DNA of 63,906 bases, counting the filler, from Choristocarpus tenellus KU-1152 (Eukaryota > Protista > Phaeophyceae): assembly GCA_964200185.2 (NCBI GenBank). It is 10 parts of 10 records of this genome, joined end to end, with 100 filler letters (N's around TTAATTAATTAA, not from the genome) between each part and the next. Parts side by side here need not be neighbours in the genome. Positions count along the whole stretch, not along the records: positions 12,438 to 21,774 come from CAXNAD020003765.1; positions 21,875 to 25,760 come from CAXNAD020017364.1; 8 more parts are not named here. One strand, given 5' to 3'. Below, piece by piece: positions 12,931-24,346 of this stretch; positions within the stretch are counted from its first letter, which is position 1, and each line of letters begins with the position of its first letter. The translations under genes and the position numbers were made by a program. The notes below the pieces were generated by a model. That model was not told where the DNA came from. It did no database searches and was given only the letters and a program-made list of their open reading frames with translations.

Positions 12931-13191
12931 GAGTCAAACAAAGAGAGGTGCCCAGGGATATATTTTAAGGATGTTAACGAATGTATGTAAATTTCGACAT
13001 TTTGTACCAATGCATCTATGGAATTTTCTAGACTCCATGGAATTTTTTCAAACGATAGAGAAATCAACTCTCTCATATCAATTGTAGTACTTTATCCATC
13101 CATAGAACTATGGGTGAATCGAAGAAGACTAATAAAGTGGCTCTCTATGCAAAACGGTTAAAACCTGAGTACCTCTCGTTTACTTTGGTTC
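12931..13191. mobile_element. MITE family C copy (about 260 bp)
   Basis: GAGTCAAAC...GAGAGGTGCCCAGG ... CCTGAGTACCTCTCGTTTACTTTGGTTC; internal AGAAATCAAC block shared with the copies at 33584 and 54273. Confidence 0.8.
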
Positions 13192-13203
13192 ACCAAGTGT
13201 CCT

Positions 13204-13234
13204 ATTACTGGAGATTACTGGAGATTACTGGAGA
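13204..13234. repeat. Short tandem repeat (ATTACTGGAG)x3
   Basis: Read directly from the sequence. Confidence 0.85.
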
Positions 13235-14136
13235 TGGGTGCCTCGTGTCCATTTTCATGTAAGTTCTATGGTACTCTCCACAATCAACCCTTATTTTCAC
13301 AAAACCGAGCGGACCTCTATTATTAGAGTGTTCATTATTTGACAAATATTTTGGACACGCGATTGTACAAACCCCTGAACAAAATTGGTCTTGTTTGAGA
13401 GAAGATCTATTGCCACTAAGCAGATATTGCGCTGGACCAGAGCAGGAGGAAAGGCATGGGGGAAGGGGCTATGCCTGGGTAGCAGGGGTGGACTGTGCTA
13501 GTGCGGGTCTGTGCCTCCCTGCGCAAAATATGGTGATCGAGCTAAGCCATAAATTTTAGTTGGGTGAATGGCTGGCAAACCAGTCATCAGCCCATCTCCT
13601 CCTAAAATCTTGTGCTAGACCTTCCTGGGCATCGCTCATCGGCAATGGAACCTCTTGCCACTTCGATTATGGTCAATTAAGCGCTTTGTTGTGGTATAGT
13701 GACAGGAGAACACTAGTGAACAATCCGGAGTGGTTACCAGGTGGCCTGTTCGGATGATCGAAACCATACTTTCATTAGAAAGAGTCTAGCGTTGATAGGG
13801 TTCGAACCCTTCAAATGCATGCAGGGATGATCAAACCATCCCTCCATTCCATGACCATGTTCTTATCCGTTCTTTCTACTACCACCACTACAATTTGTAT
13901 TGTATTATGGATAGACGAACAATCTCCCAGCCAATCAACAGTCACCAGCAATATATGATGTGTCATAAATGTATGAGTTAGTCTTGAAGTTTTTGAAATT
14001 GTGTTCTTCCCTTTCTCCTGTGTGTCTCCTTGCCCATCTCACCTTATCCCCATCCACGCTCCAATCTCCTGCTTTTCTCATATCGTGTCTTCTGCATTTC
14101 GTGCAGCTATCTACTCAGGGTCAACATCAAAATACC

Positions 14137-15240
14137 ATGTCAAACGATAAATGTCAAATGAGCGAAATGGCGAGGCGCCGAGCCCAGCACGCAACTCGAA
14201 GGATGATAACGTTTGGTTTAGGAGTGGCTTCACGTGTTGCCTCCCTTACCAAAAATCCGGAGTTGGAGCTTGGAGTGAATCACTGGCAGTGCGATCCTGC
14301 AAGCATGGATCTATCTCTTGGGCCCATGCCCGAGTACGTGTTATGCTACCTATTCTCGTTTCTGGATGCCAAATCGCTGTGTACCGTCCGCCGACTCAGC
14401 GTTGGCATGTTTCGCGCGACAGATCACTGCTCCGAGACACTGTGGGGAACCCTGCTCAGACAAGACTTTCCTGTGGGACACAACCTCGAGGTCTCCAACC
14501 ATCACCAGGAGTATGTGATAAACGTGAAGCTGCGTGCTACAGACGAGGTTAGCAATTTCCATGCCACCCGTCGAGCCAGGCAGAGTCTGTACGAGTATTC
14601 CTCACGTTTTGGGGGCGTAATAGGCCTGGTTTGCGACCTTGGGTATGTAGAGGACGCGCGTGTAGCTCGCGCTATCTCCAACAAGAGACGTCCAGCAATG
14701 TCCACAGCGATCGTTGACAACTCGAACGTTATTTGTGACTTTCGTAAGCGGGGCTATTTCTCTGGGCCGCTCAACTTCCTTCCAGTTGACGCTATCAGCT
14801 TGGAGGGATCATTGCCTCCGATCCCTGGAGGACCTCACCGCGGGTTCTTGGGTTATGCGGTGGATTTGGTGCGCCTCAGACCCGAGCATGAAATGCTTCG
14901 GCTTACGGTGTTATTCGCCGCTCTCAAGGACCTTGCGGTGTTCGAGACTTGTGCGGATGCAGAGGAGGCCCGTCGTCGGTCGGGGCAGCACCGTCTACTC
15001 TATTGTGCTCTCGACTTTGGAGATGGCGATCCTGTTGAAAGGGAAAGGGGTTTGGCTGTTGCGCACATTAGCCATTGGGGATTTCGACCTCTCTTTGACG
15101 TTGAAGGGGCAAAGCATTGGGGTAGAGCCTTTAATAAAGGCTGGGGCGGGGTTGAGAACACTTTGCTTCAACTTGAGAAGACGGTTGAGGACGCCCAGAG
15201 CTCTCTTGCGTACATCAGGTATGGTGGTGGGATATCATAG
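14137..15240 (+). CDS. F-box protein fused to a DMS3/GMI1/SMCHD1-type SMC hinge domain; uninterrupted ORF of about 367 aa (frame open from 13969)
   Basis: F-box at about 14314-14469: LGPMPEYVLCYLFSFLDAKSLCTVRRLS...SETLWGTLLRQDF. Hinge-like region at about 14611-15054: GVIGLVCDLGYVED...AISNKR...MSTAIVD...LNFLPVDAI...GFLGYAVDLVRL...LRLTVLFAALKDLAVFETCADAEEARR...ALD. A possible splice acceptor at 14105-14106 leaves the true start uncertain. Confidence 0.8.
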   Translation: MSNDKCQMSEMARRRAQHATRRMITFGLGVASRVASLTKNPELELGVNHWQCDPASMDLSLGPMPEYVLCYLFSFLDAKSLCTVRRLSVGMFRATDHCSETLWGTLLRQDFPVGHNLEVSNHHQEYVINVKLRATDEVSNFHATRRARQSLYEYSSRFGGVIGLVCDLGYVEDARVARAISNKRRPAMSTAIVDNSNVICDFRKRGYFSGPLNFLPVDAISLEGSLPPIPGGPHRGFLGYAVDLVRLRPEHEMLRLTVLFAALKDLAVFETCADAEEARRRSGQHRLLYCALDFGDGDPVERERGLAVAHISHWGFRPLFDVEGAKHWGRAFNKGWGGVENTLLQLEKTVEDAQSSLAYIRYGGGIS

Positions 15241-16527
15241 GCTGTGGAAGAAGTATCAGAAGACGAGGTTCATGGCATATTTACCAGGCATTTTGTGGAG
15301 GTTATCGTTTCTTGTCACTGCTATTGGAGGAAAACAAATTACGGATGATACCACCACCAGAACCCTCAACGAACTTGATAATTTTCAATGTTTACGTATG
15401 TTACTCTTGTTACCTGCAGGGGCTGTTGTGTTCGCATGATGTACAGGTTTTGACGCTATGAGCAATAGTGTGCTGTAGACACACTTTAGCACAACATAGT
15501 CCACATGAAGGGGCTGTTTTTTGTTTCAGTAATGAAGAGTGCTTTGTAGAGAGTGTGTCCGAGGAGTGGCAGGTCTAAAATTGGATGTATGATGCCCGCA
15601 ACCCCAAAAGTATGTGTTGTACATAATGATCACTATGACTCATGATGTGGATCCTAAGTATGGACCATGAGTTGAATCACTGGGAATAGCTGTCATATTG
15701 CATGCATATATGTGTATGCCTTCACATACAGGAGAGTGTAATTCCTTGATTGTGGCAAGTCACCTTCAAATACAATCACTTTCTCACACAATTGTGCAAC
15801 ACACACTATTCTGAACTAACTCTTCACAAACAACTATGCATGCACAGTTCCTAACTAAGGTGATACTTGAACCCTGCTTGACCAGTGGTTCTGTATGTTT
15901 CATAGTACCTCGCTACTGCTAATCCCAGACGCAGGTATACCCAAACACTTCAGAGTATATACTACCACATGTATTCTATACTACCAACTATACATGCACT
16001 GTGATGGACTTTACACCCTGATCATGAGTTGAGTAGACATAAATAGATTGTATCCAAACAAACCAATTCAACCTCGGCCTCCACAGCACAACCATCCACA
16101 ACGATGGCAGATGAGCAAGCAAAAATCTGGTAGACTATCTTGTACTCTGCTTCTCACACACAACTTCCAGGATGGAAACACAAAAAATAGTGATTGAAAG
16201 GCATGCCAAGGAAAAATATAAACGATCCAGGGAAGAGGGAACATGGATATGAAAATCTTCATGTACACAAATGGAATATCCCATGCATCACATTGAGCCA
16301 GTGTAAGGAGAGGACCACTCATCCTCCAATTTCCCCTACTTCCACAACCTTCTGAAAAAGACACAAATCTTACTCTCAAGCCAAGACATACCATTCACCT
16401 TGCCACGTGGGCATGACCACCCTGGAGGAAATCCAATAACACACAGTGAATCACTCGAGAAGCAAGCGACACTGTCTATTGTGAAAGGAACTGATCCTCC
16501 ATACACACTAGCCAGTTACTACAAGGC

Positions 16528-19500
16528 CTATCCTATCTTCTCAGTCTCTCGAGGAGCTCGTGGTGGTCGTAGTTCCCACATCTCCTTCCGCTGACTATCC
16601 TGCACCTCAAGACTTTGGTAGTAGGCCACTACACGAGGGTGAGCACGTATCTTTGAGGCATCAACACTCCCAACTATGGACAGACCCTCAAGAGAGCGCA
16701 CCCGTGAGAGGGCTACATACGCCTGCCCATATTCAAATGTTCGTGAGAGGCAAATGCTGGCTAGATCAAGAGACCTGTTCCAGGGGCGGGGCAGAAGGAG
16801 GAAGGTCAGGGATTCATGCGTATGAGGTCTTTCATGTGGTCTTTGTCAAAGCAGTCCCAAGACATGAACTAATATATTGGTGGTAGGACCACAATGAGCA
16901 GTACTAAATTCGGTTACAACCTTCTTCTAATTTCTAACTTGTATCAGTAGTACACAGTAACACACAGTGCACACAAACAGCACAATCTGTAGTCTATCCT
17001 ACAGAGGGCAGCCGTGAAGATCCCATATAGTGTGCATGGGTCCCGATGTAGTGCTGCCATTGAAGGCTCCAATTATTTTCTGACAAGTCGAACAGTTATC
17101 CTTTGCTTTGAGGTAGACTGCGGCTGACAATTGCAAAAACAGAGCTATAAAAATAATGTGATCGTAAGTAAATGGCTAGATTATGTTTCTAGTGCAACAC
17201 TACTCTAACTAACAAGTAGGGTAGGTCAGGCTATGGCGGTGCCAATTCGGAATCATTATCTACATGTGGAGATCATGTACTCGACTGAGAGTAGGGTAGT
17301 AATGAAACCAACCAAGTCCATTCCACACTGTCTTTTCCTATTGGGCACTACCAGGGAAGGATTTCGTACTCAAGAGTAAATGTGGAGTGCATCTCAGTTC
17401 ACCTCACCCGATATTCTAGTAAATCATACATGGGCCACATATACACCCTGGAGTACTCTGAAGAGTGCACAGAAATATTAGATCAGTTTCAGATAATGAT
17501 GGTACTCGGTAATGCTTGTGTTATCTGTACACTGTACTTCACTTTCCACACAACCATACATTCATACATACATACATATACACACACACACGCACCTTGT
17601 CGAGATTTAAGCTTGAAGCACACCAAATACAAGTATCACAACAGTAGGGTACAAGTGCAACCGCAGAAGGAATAATTATTTAGTCACTTTGTCAATAAAA
17701 GATATAAAAAATTTAATTGAACCAAGTATCATCCAACCAGAATTGAACAACTATGGAAGGGCACGGGTGCATAGGAGACAGAGTAGGCACTGTTGACTCA
17801 GCCTATACTCGACCATATGCCCAACTATATATTCCCTTACATGCCCTGACTCTTGTGCACACTCATGGCCCATGCGAGGGAGATTGGTAGCTGCTTCCGA
17901 GAGGCAACTGTCACCCCCCCTACCTCAAGAGAGAAAGTCTCAGGCCTGTCAAGGTGGTGAAAAATGAAACCCCCACAGACCGCAGTTAAGACAGACATGC
18001 ACATCAATCACAGCAGCAAAGACATCAATAAAAGGTGTGGGAGATCAAACGGATTGGGGATGGTTGCACAGGGGATGTATGCAGATGTACGTTGGGAGAG
18101 GGGAAGCCAGAGGTGGATCTTCTGATAGCTACAGCACTTGATGATAAGTAGTTTGGGTGCTAACAACTTGATGTGAGTGAAAATGGAAGTATCAGGACAT
18201 ATTGGAGTGATCGACAGTTGTGATGGGCGGAGAGGGTTGTACTGTGTTTAATCACCAACTGCCATTTTTTTTTCACCTCACATTTTTTCAAATGTCTTAG
18301 CATATATTTAAAGCAGTAGACCCCACAAGACCCCATTTCAAGAACACTAGGTTCATAATATTTCTCGTGGTCATTTATCAAAAACCAACTGTGAAGTGAT
18401 AAACTGCAACACACTGCACAAACACCCTACTTAAGAATGCCTTCTAGTCTACCAACTCATTGCTCCTCAAAATACACAAACCACCACCGTGCACAGACCC
18501 CTCCTCCTCGGATCTTTCCTGCTACATTCACACACCAAAACTATTTACTCACCAACACACCCGAACAAAGCACACCTTCAACAATCAATCCTCATTGAAA
18601 ATCCAACAAATGTTCAAAAACAGATTCCCTCCAATAGCCTAGGGGAATCCCAGCCTCCTCCCTCCATTGCCCTCGGGCACCCACCTAAGGACCTCCTCTA
18701 GCCCAGAGGCAAACCTAACTACGGGGAGACTTGCTCCGCTACCAGTAAAGCGGACAACTGCCCCCCTAGCACCATTCACCAGGCCACGCTCACTGTTCAC
18801 CTTCTTGACAAGAATGACCTGATGGTCAGCAAAAACACAACACAAGCGAAGTACGATATGACCCCTATCGGAGGATGGTTGTGGGTGGGGTTGCTGACCA
18901 GAAGGAGAGTTCTCGGGAGAGGAGATATTGGGTTCCCCCTGGAGAGAGACTGCAATAACATGCTAATAGCTACAGTGTATGCGTTTGTATTTGTGTATAT
19001 GCTGGTAGGGTTAGGGCACAAAAAGAGAGGACAGAATCTTGAGGTGTGCTCGGGGTATAGACATGGTGGAACTGTGGGAGGAGTAAATCCATCTCTCCTT
19101 ATGTCTATCAGAGTCTAAAGCCTGTTGTGTATCAAACGGTCTACATCACTATATGTTGACATGCGTTGCCAGAAATACATGGTGGCACAAATGTGAGAGA
19201 GGTGTAGAATGTGGGATGGAGGGCAACCCCCCCGATCTCCAGACACAAAAATAATCTCCCTTTCCTGTCACCTCACTTGATCAAGCTGTGTTTACCTGTA
19301 AGCACCCTTTCCACCAAGCACCCTCTCAACCCCCCCACCCCTTCCCCCCTCTGCTGTCCTGTCCCTTTTCTGACACCCTGGAGTATTGTGGGGTGTTCAC
19401 CCTCCCCTTCAATAGATGCCGCCGTCCTCTTGCCTCATACAAACAATTAAAGGTGCCCTAACAAGAAACCAATGACCACCTACCTTCAATTCTTAGAGTT

Positions 19501-20937
19501 ACACGCTCCGGCAAAGACAGTTAAGAATGGGTAGAACAAATTCAAATAGCCCGAGTTGCTATTGGAGCAGTGCTCACAAATCGAGGACATCATATTTGAA
19601 ATAGTATTTACTTCACCTGGAAGGGATGTACTTTGGGTACCCAGTCATACTTATGAGCAAAATAACAGAAGCTAAAGAAACCATTGCCATCTTGCAGATA
19701 ACTTATTTGGGACTCTCTAAACATACAATTGCTCATGCTATACCTGCAGAACTCATACTGCTTCACATGGCACACAGGAGGAACCAATGGAGACCATTTC
19801 GGACAACCAAATACACAGAGACTTACATTAGGCTGGCAGCAGCGCTCAGGCTACTTCATAGGTCACTCAGAGGTACTAGGTTTATAGTGCAATAGAGACT
19901 TATCTGGACCAAAATGGGCGAAAGCTCATGCCATACTTGGGGTAGCTCTCATACCGATTTGTGCTATGCTTAGATGTACCACCAACACAACTAGTAGATC
20001 GCATCACTTGGGGGCAACAACAACAACATAACAAGAAGAATTAAAATTAAAAAAACATCTTAAACTGGTTCCTGATTGGAGGGAACTGGAGCTATGTTTA
20101 GCACAAACCAACGACTGTTGACTGCAGGAAAGAAGGCAAAAACAATCAACGCTCCCCACCTGTGCCCCTGCCTTGAGCTTGAGCAGCGCAGGGGCAGAAC
20201 AGGTGTCATCAAGCTGGCGAAGGAAAGCAGCCTGTCCACTATCCACTGCCCGGTATGAATACCGTCGTCCTTCCAGCAGCTCCAGGCGCTACAGGGGAGG
20301 AGATGGAGGATGTGAGGAACTGGGGCGGGGAGTCGGAGGTTATGACAGGGTGTACTTATAACAGGGATCCAAAAAAACTTATACATCTGGTTGACATCGC
20401 CAATTTGTCTGCACTGTCCCCTCAAAAAAAAAAAAATACTGTCAAGTGGTGACACTTTGCAACACCCACGAAAAGTGACCTACCTACTGCAACCATCTCT
20501 ACATCATAAGACACAATACGCTCGTACAGAAAAAAAGCAGGCCACTGAGAATTTTCTCAGAATTTGCAAGTTCACACTCCCATCCATGTCTCGACTAACT
20601 TTCATTTACTACTCATACCTCCGAATTTGCTAAACAAAACAAAAATAGCACACAAACTGGGAAATTTCCCGGAATTCCCTAGTGCATACATACCATACCC
20701 TGTACAGTACAGTAACCCTTTTCACCTCCCCCTCGAGCACTCTTAATCTTTAAAAACAAAAACCTAAAACAAAAACTCTTCTATTACCTCTGAATTTACT
20801 TGGGCAACATCGTCCCTGTGCGTGAGGAGGCGTGTCTCCATGATACCGTGACTCCTGTCCAGGGTACGCCCCTTGCACTCCTCCAGTGCCTCCAAGACCT
20901 CAGGAGTGCATTCGCCCCACCGAATGCGATCCAAGAG
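16528..20937 (-). CDS. PIF1: PIF1 5'-3' DNA helicase, 3' part; exons 20937-20788, 20288-20160, 18818-18685, 17945-17841, 16774-16528
   Basis: Spliced product LLDRIRWGECT...LKLKAGAQ|VILVKKVNSERGLVNGARGAVV...RKQLPISLAWAMSVHKSQGM|SLD...FEYGQAYVALSRVRSLEGL contains the Pif1 signature and motifs V and VI. All junctions GT-AG and in phase. Confidence 0.95.
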
Positions 20938-21149
20938 CTACGTTAACAAAAACAATAAAAAAACAATAAAAAAAAAGGAGACAGAGAGAGAGGGATAGCT
21001 GAGGGAATGATAACAATACACACACAGGGACTGGTGGCGGCGGCGGTCGTCGAGGGAGGAATCTGCTCGGAATCATTATCGCGATGTAATGATTGGCTCT
21101 GTTTATTTTATTTTTTTTGACTAAACGGGAATTCTTCCCCCCCTCCCCC

Positions 21150-21182
<33 letters not shown>

Positions 21183-21359
21183 TGCATTCGAGCGTAATTT
21201 GAAAAACATTCTTATCTTACTGCGAGTTTGTTACGGAAAGGAGGAAATGTGTCATTATCGCCTCGAAATACTGCACCAACTCCACAGTGCAGTCGAGTGC
21301 AATGGTGCACTCATGCGGTTACAGCTTTCATCCTTCAAGCTGCAGAAAAGAGCAAATAT

Positions 21360-21361
<2 letters not shown>

Positions 21362-21402
<41 letters not shown>
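21362..21402. repeat. (CA)n microsatellite; (TA)n tracts also at about 3505-3523, 6426-6448, 21638-21662
   Basis: Read directly from the sequence. Confidence 0.9.
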
Positions 21403-21405
<3 letters not shown>

Positions 21406-22949
21406 TATATACATAGCTGTTGATTTTGTTGCCAAAACGTACAGGAGACAGAGGTAGGACATATTCAACCTGGCATCAGCAATACCTGCAACAATTTATT
21501 ATACACCTCCTCCACCTCTCGGCCACACCTCTCAGCCACACCCCTCTGACCTCGTTCGCTGCTCTTGGAGTGTTCTTTGAATTTGTTCTGTGCTGCAACC
21601 GCGGAAGAAAAAAATAAAGAATTTTCTCTGTCTCTCTCTATATATATATGTATATATATATACATCTTTTATATTCTTTTCCGAATCACAGACCCTGCAA
21701 GCATCAGCACCCAACAACAGGTTCCGCCAAACAGCTTAAATGTTTCACTATATCTACAAAAAAAAAACGATTGANNNNNNNNNNNNNNNNNNNNNNNNNN
21801 NNNNNNNNNNNNNNNNNNTTAATTAATTAANNNNNNNNNNNNNNNNNNNNNNNNNNNNNNNNNNNNNNNNNNNNCAGTGGGAGGGGCTGGACCCACTCAG
21901 GGGTCGGGGGTTGGTTGTACAGGGGAGGAGAGGAGGTAGTATGCTGTGACTCCTTGTGTCTTCACATGCGAGGTAGCTTATAGAATACAAGTCAAGGAGT
22001 TGTGTTCAACTCTGACCTACATATGAACTATACTAAAAGCAGTTGTTCTATAGTCAATGCTGGCACGTTCAGATAGACAGTTGGATGGATCAACAAACAG
22101 GAGTTGCTCAGTTGTACACTGTATGCATGTCAGAGATGAAAAGGCAGGTGAACAGAAGCCGGCGGTGGTAAGGTTTTTCTATATCTGTCAGGATGCTTGA
22201 TTTTTGGAACATGTCAGCACGACTTCAGGGGCGAGTCCAGAAATAAGAGGTGGTGCTGGTATGGAGGTTAAGCAGGATGGCAAGGTGTATGCTACAGAGA
22301 TGAACAATAATATCCAGCAGAGCTCAAACTCCAGACAAGTTGGTCAGAGGGAAACAGCTCTATGAGTCAGTAGGTTTGTAGGGGCAGGAATCACTTGGAA
22401 TCATACTGTACGAACATTGGAGGGATGCCAAGAGCTTGTGTCAGTGAGTAGTCTACTCTTTGGGATTCTTTCTTAACTAGTAAGCATGAGCGTATTGGTG
22501 GGCCTACGTGCAAGGACGAGAGCCAGTACTAGTATCATACAGGTACAGATGGATGGACAAACAGGAAATAAACTTGGTCGAGGTCTCTGGAGGCGTTATT
22601 AGTTATGTTGTTTGCAACGGATGTTTGTGAGAGAGCCAGTACTTGAAACATATAGACATACAAAAAGACAGAAGAAGAGTGGCTAGACAGGAATGGTCTA
22701 TTATATATGATACGTAAGTGAGAGGAACCTATAAAATTGTAAGGGCGCCTATCAGAGAATAGCTCAGTTCCTTCAAACCTGCTCTACACCTACAAGAGGA
22801 GAGACGAGACTCAGCTGGCATCTGGCCACCCAACTTTCAGAGGCATCAAACAATTCAGCCTTGCATCCGCCCGTGCTACCCTAATATTTCTGTCATACCA
22901 ATACAACCCTCCTAGCGTGCTCCCACTCTCCCCTATAGCTATCTCTCAC

Positions 22950-24346
22950 TTAATGAAGCCTTTAGCAAGTTGAGCAATGAACCCAGTCTGCGGCTCCTGA
23001 AGCTCTAGGATAGCCACCACAGAACCTTCAATGGTCCCACCCCCTCCTGTTCCTGCTCCTGCTGGTGGATTCCTTGAATTCCCCTGAGCATTTTTTTCCT
23101 CTTTCTCAGACCCAACACCTATCAAGTTTATGTCTGCAACACTGGGGGTGTCGTGGGTCGCCATAACCCGTCTAATCTCTCTTAAGGCCTTTGGTCGGTC
23201 AGGTACATTCCTTATCCCGAAGGACATGGTAAGCTGGGCGGTATCCGACGGAATTGGAAGGCAAGCGATTGATTGGTCAAACCAAAGTGAAGACAAAGCG
23301 GGCTTGAGCAGGGATAGACTTGGTGTTGATCACACATGTTCGATTTGCGGCGCTTCTCGTCCAACGCCCCTATATCTTTTTACAACCAGCAGGGTTGTTT
23401 AAGCTTCCATCTACAGTAGTCCTAGATTTGGTTTTGTCGGACTGAAATGTAATTTACATTGCCACAAGAAATGATTGAGAAGAGCGGTGGATCACGGCAA
23501 GTAGGGGAATCAAAAGGGGGTTTAAGGCGTAGACATAGAGTTGATGTGATTAAACTTTTAACGCTACCTTATCGACAGAGCCGCTTGGAATTCCCCCCAG
23601 GTCTTGAGCATCCCCTAGTTGGAGCTGCACAGAAGACGCCAGCCCCGCAGCGTCAACTTTTCCTTGGCCAATCTATGAGATAGCAAAAATATAACATGTG
23701 TATTTGACAACTAGAAGTTTGGGTCATCAGCCTTGATAGGAGAGCGATGCAGTCCAAGGTCTTGAGGAAGTGCGTGTGATAAGACTATCCGACCGCAAAA
23801 TGACAGTTAAATATTTATATGTACAGCCCTAACTCCTTTCTACCTCTCGCTCGCCTCGATCATCTTGGCGCTGGGATCGATTCCCACAACAGGTGGGATT
23901 CCCTCGCGTTCACCCTCAAGGTTCCCAGCGTTTTCAAGTAGAGCCAAGTCCTTCGCGACCATGATTGCTACATCAGCAGTCCCTGTAGCGAGGTCCACCA
24001 CACGGTCGCCAACTCTAAGCTGGGGGGGGGGAATGGGAGGGAGTGCCACCCGATCAGCAAAAAACACAATGCCAAGGTCATCCACAAGGTTTCGAAGAAG
24101 TATGCATTTCCCTGGCCAATTGGGTGATTATCTTGCCTGCAGGCTGTCGATCATCGCCCTCCGCCAGCTCATGTCAAGGCCGCAACTCATCACCCTGTTG
24201 ATGAGGTCGTACTTGGGAGCTATGACATCAAACATATCTCCAGATCCAAGGTCGTACCCAGCTCCTGCCTGTTTTCTTCGGATTGCGGTGATCAAGACAG
24301 CTGCGACGGCCACTGCGGCTGTGGTCACCACCACGAAACCCTTCAT
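22950..24346 (-). CDS. UbiE/COQ5/MenG-family SAM-dependent methyltransferase, 5' part; exons 24346-24137, 24019-23855, 23672-23568, 23233-22950
   Basis: MFDVIAPKYDLINRVMSCGLDMSWRR, VVDLATGTADVA (SAM motif I), VGIDPSAKMIE|IGQGKV...GDAQDL, TMSFGIRNVPDRPKALREIRRV. Two GC-AG introns are required. Confidence 0.92.

Noticed and set aside
13797-13810. Palindrome AGGGTTCGAACCCT resembling a tRNA T-arm or B-box
   Set aside because: No A-box or cloverleaf could be built around it.
14714-15439. 241-aa alternate-frame ORF overlapping the F-box/hinge gene
   Set aside because: Shadow frame with a non-ATG start and no motifs.
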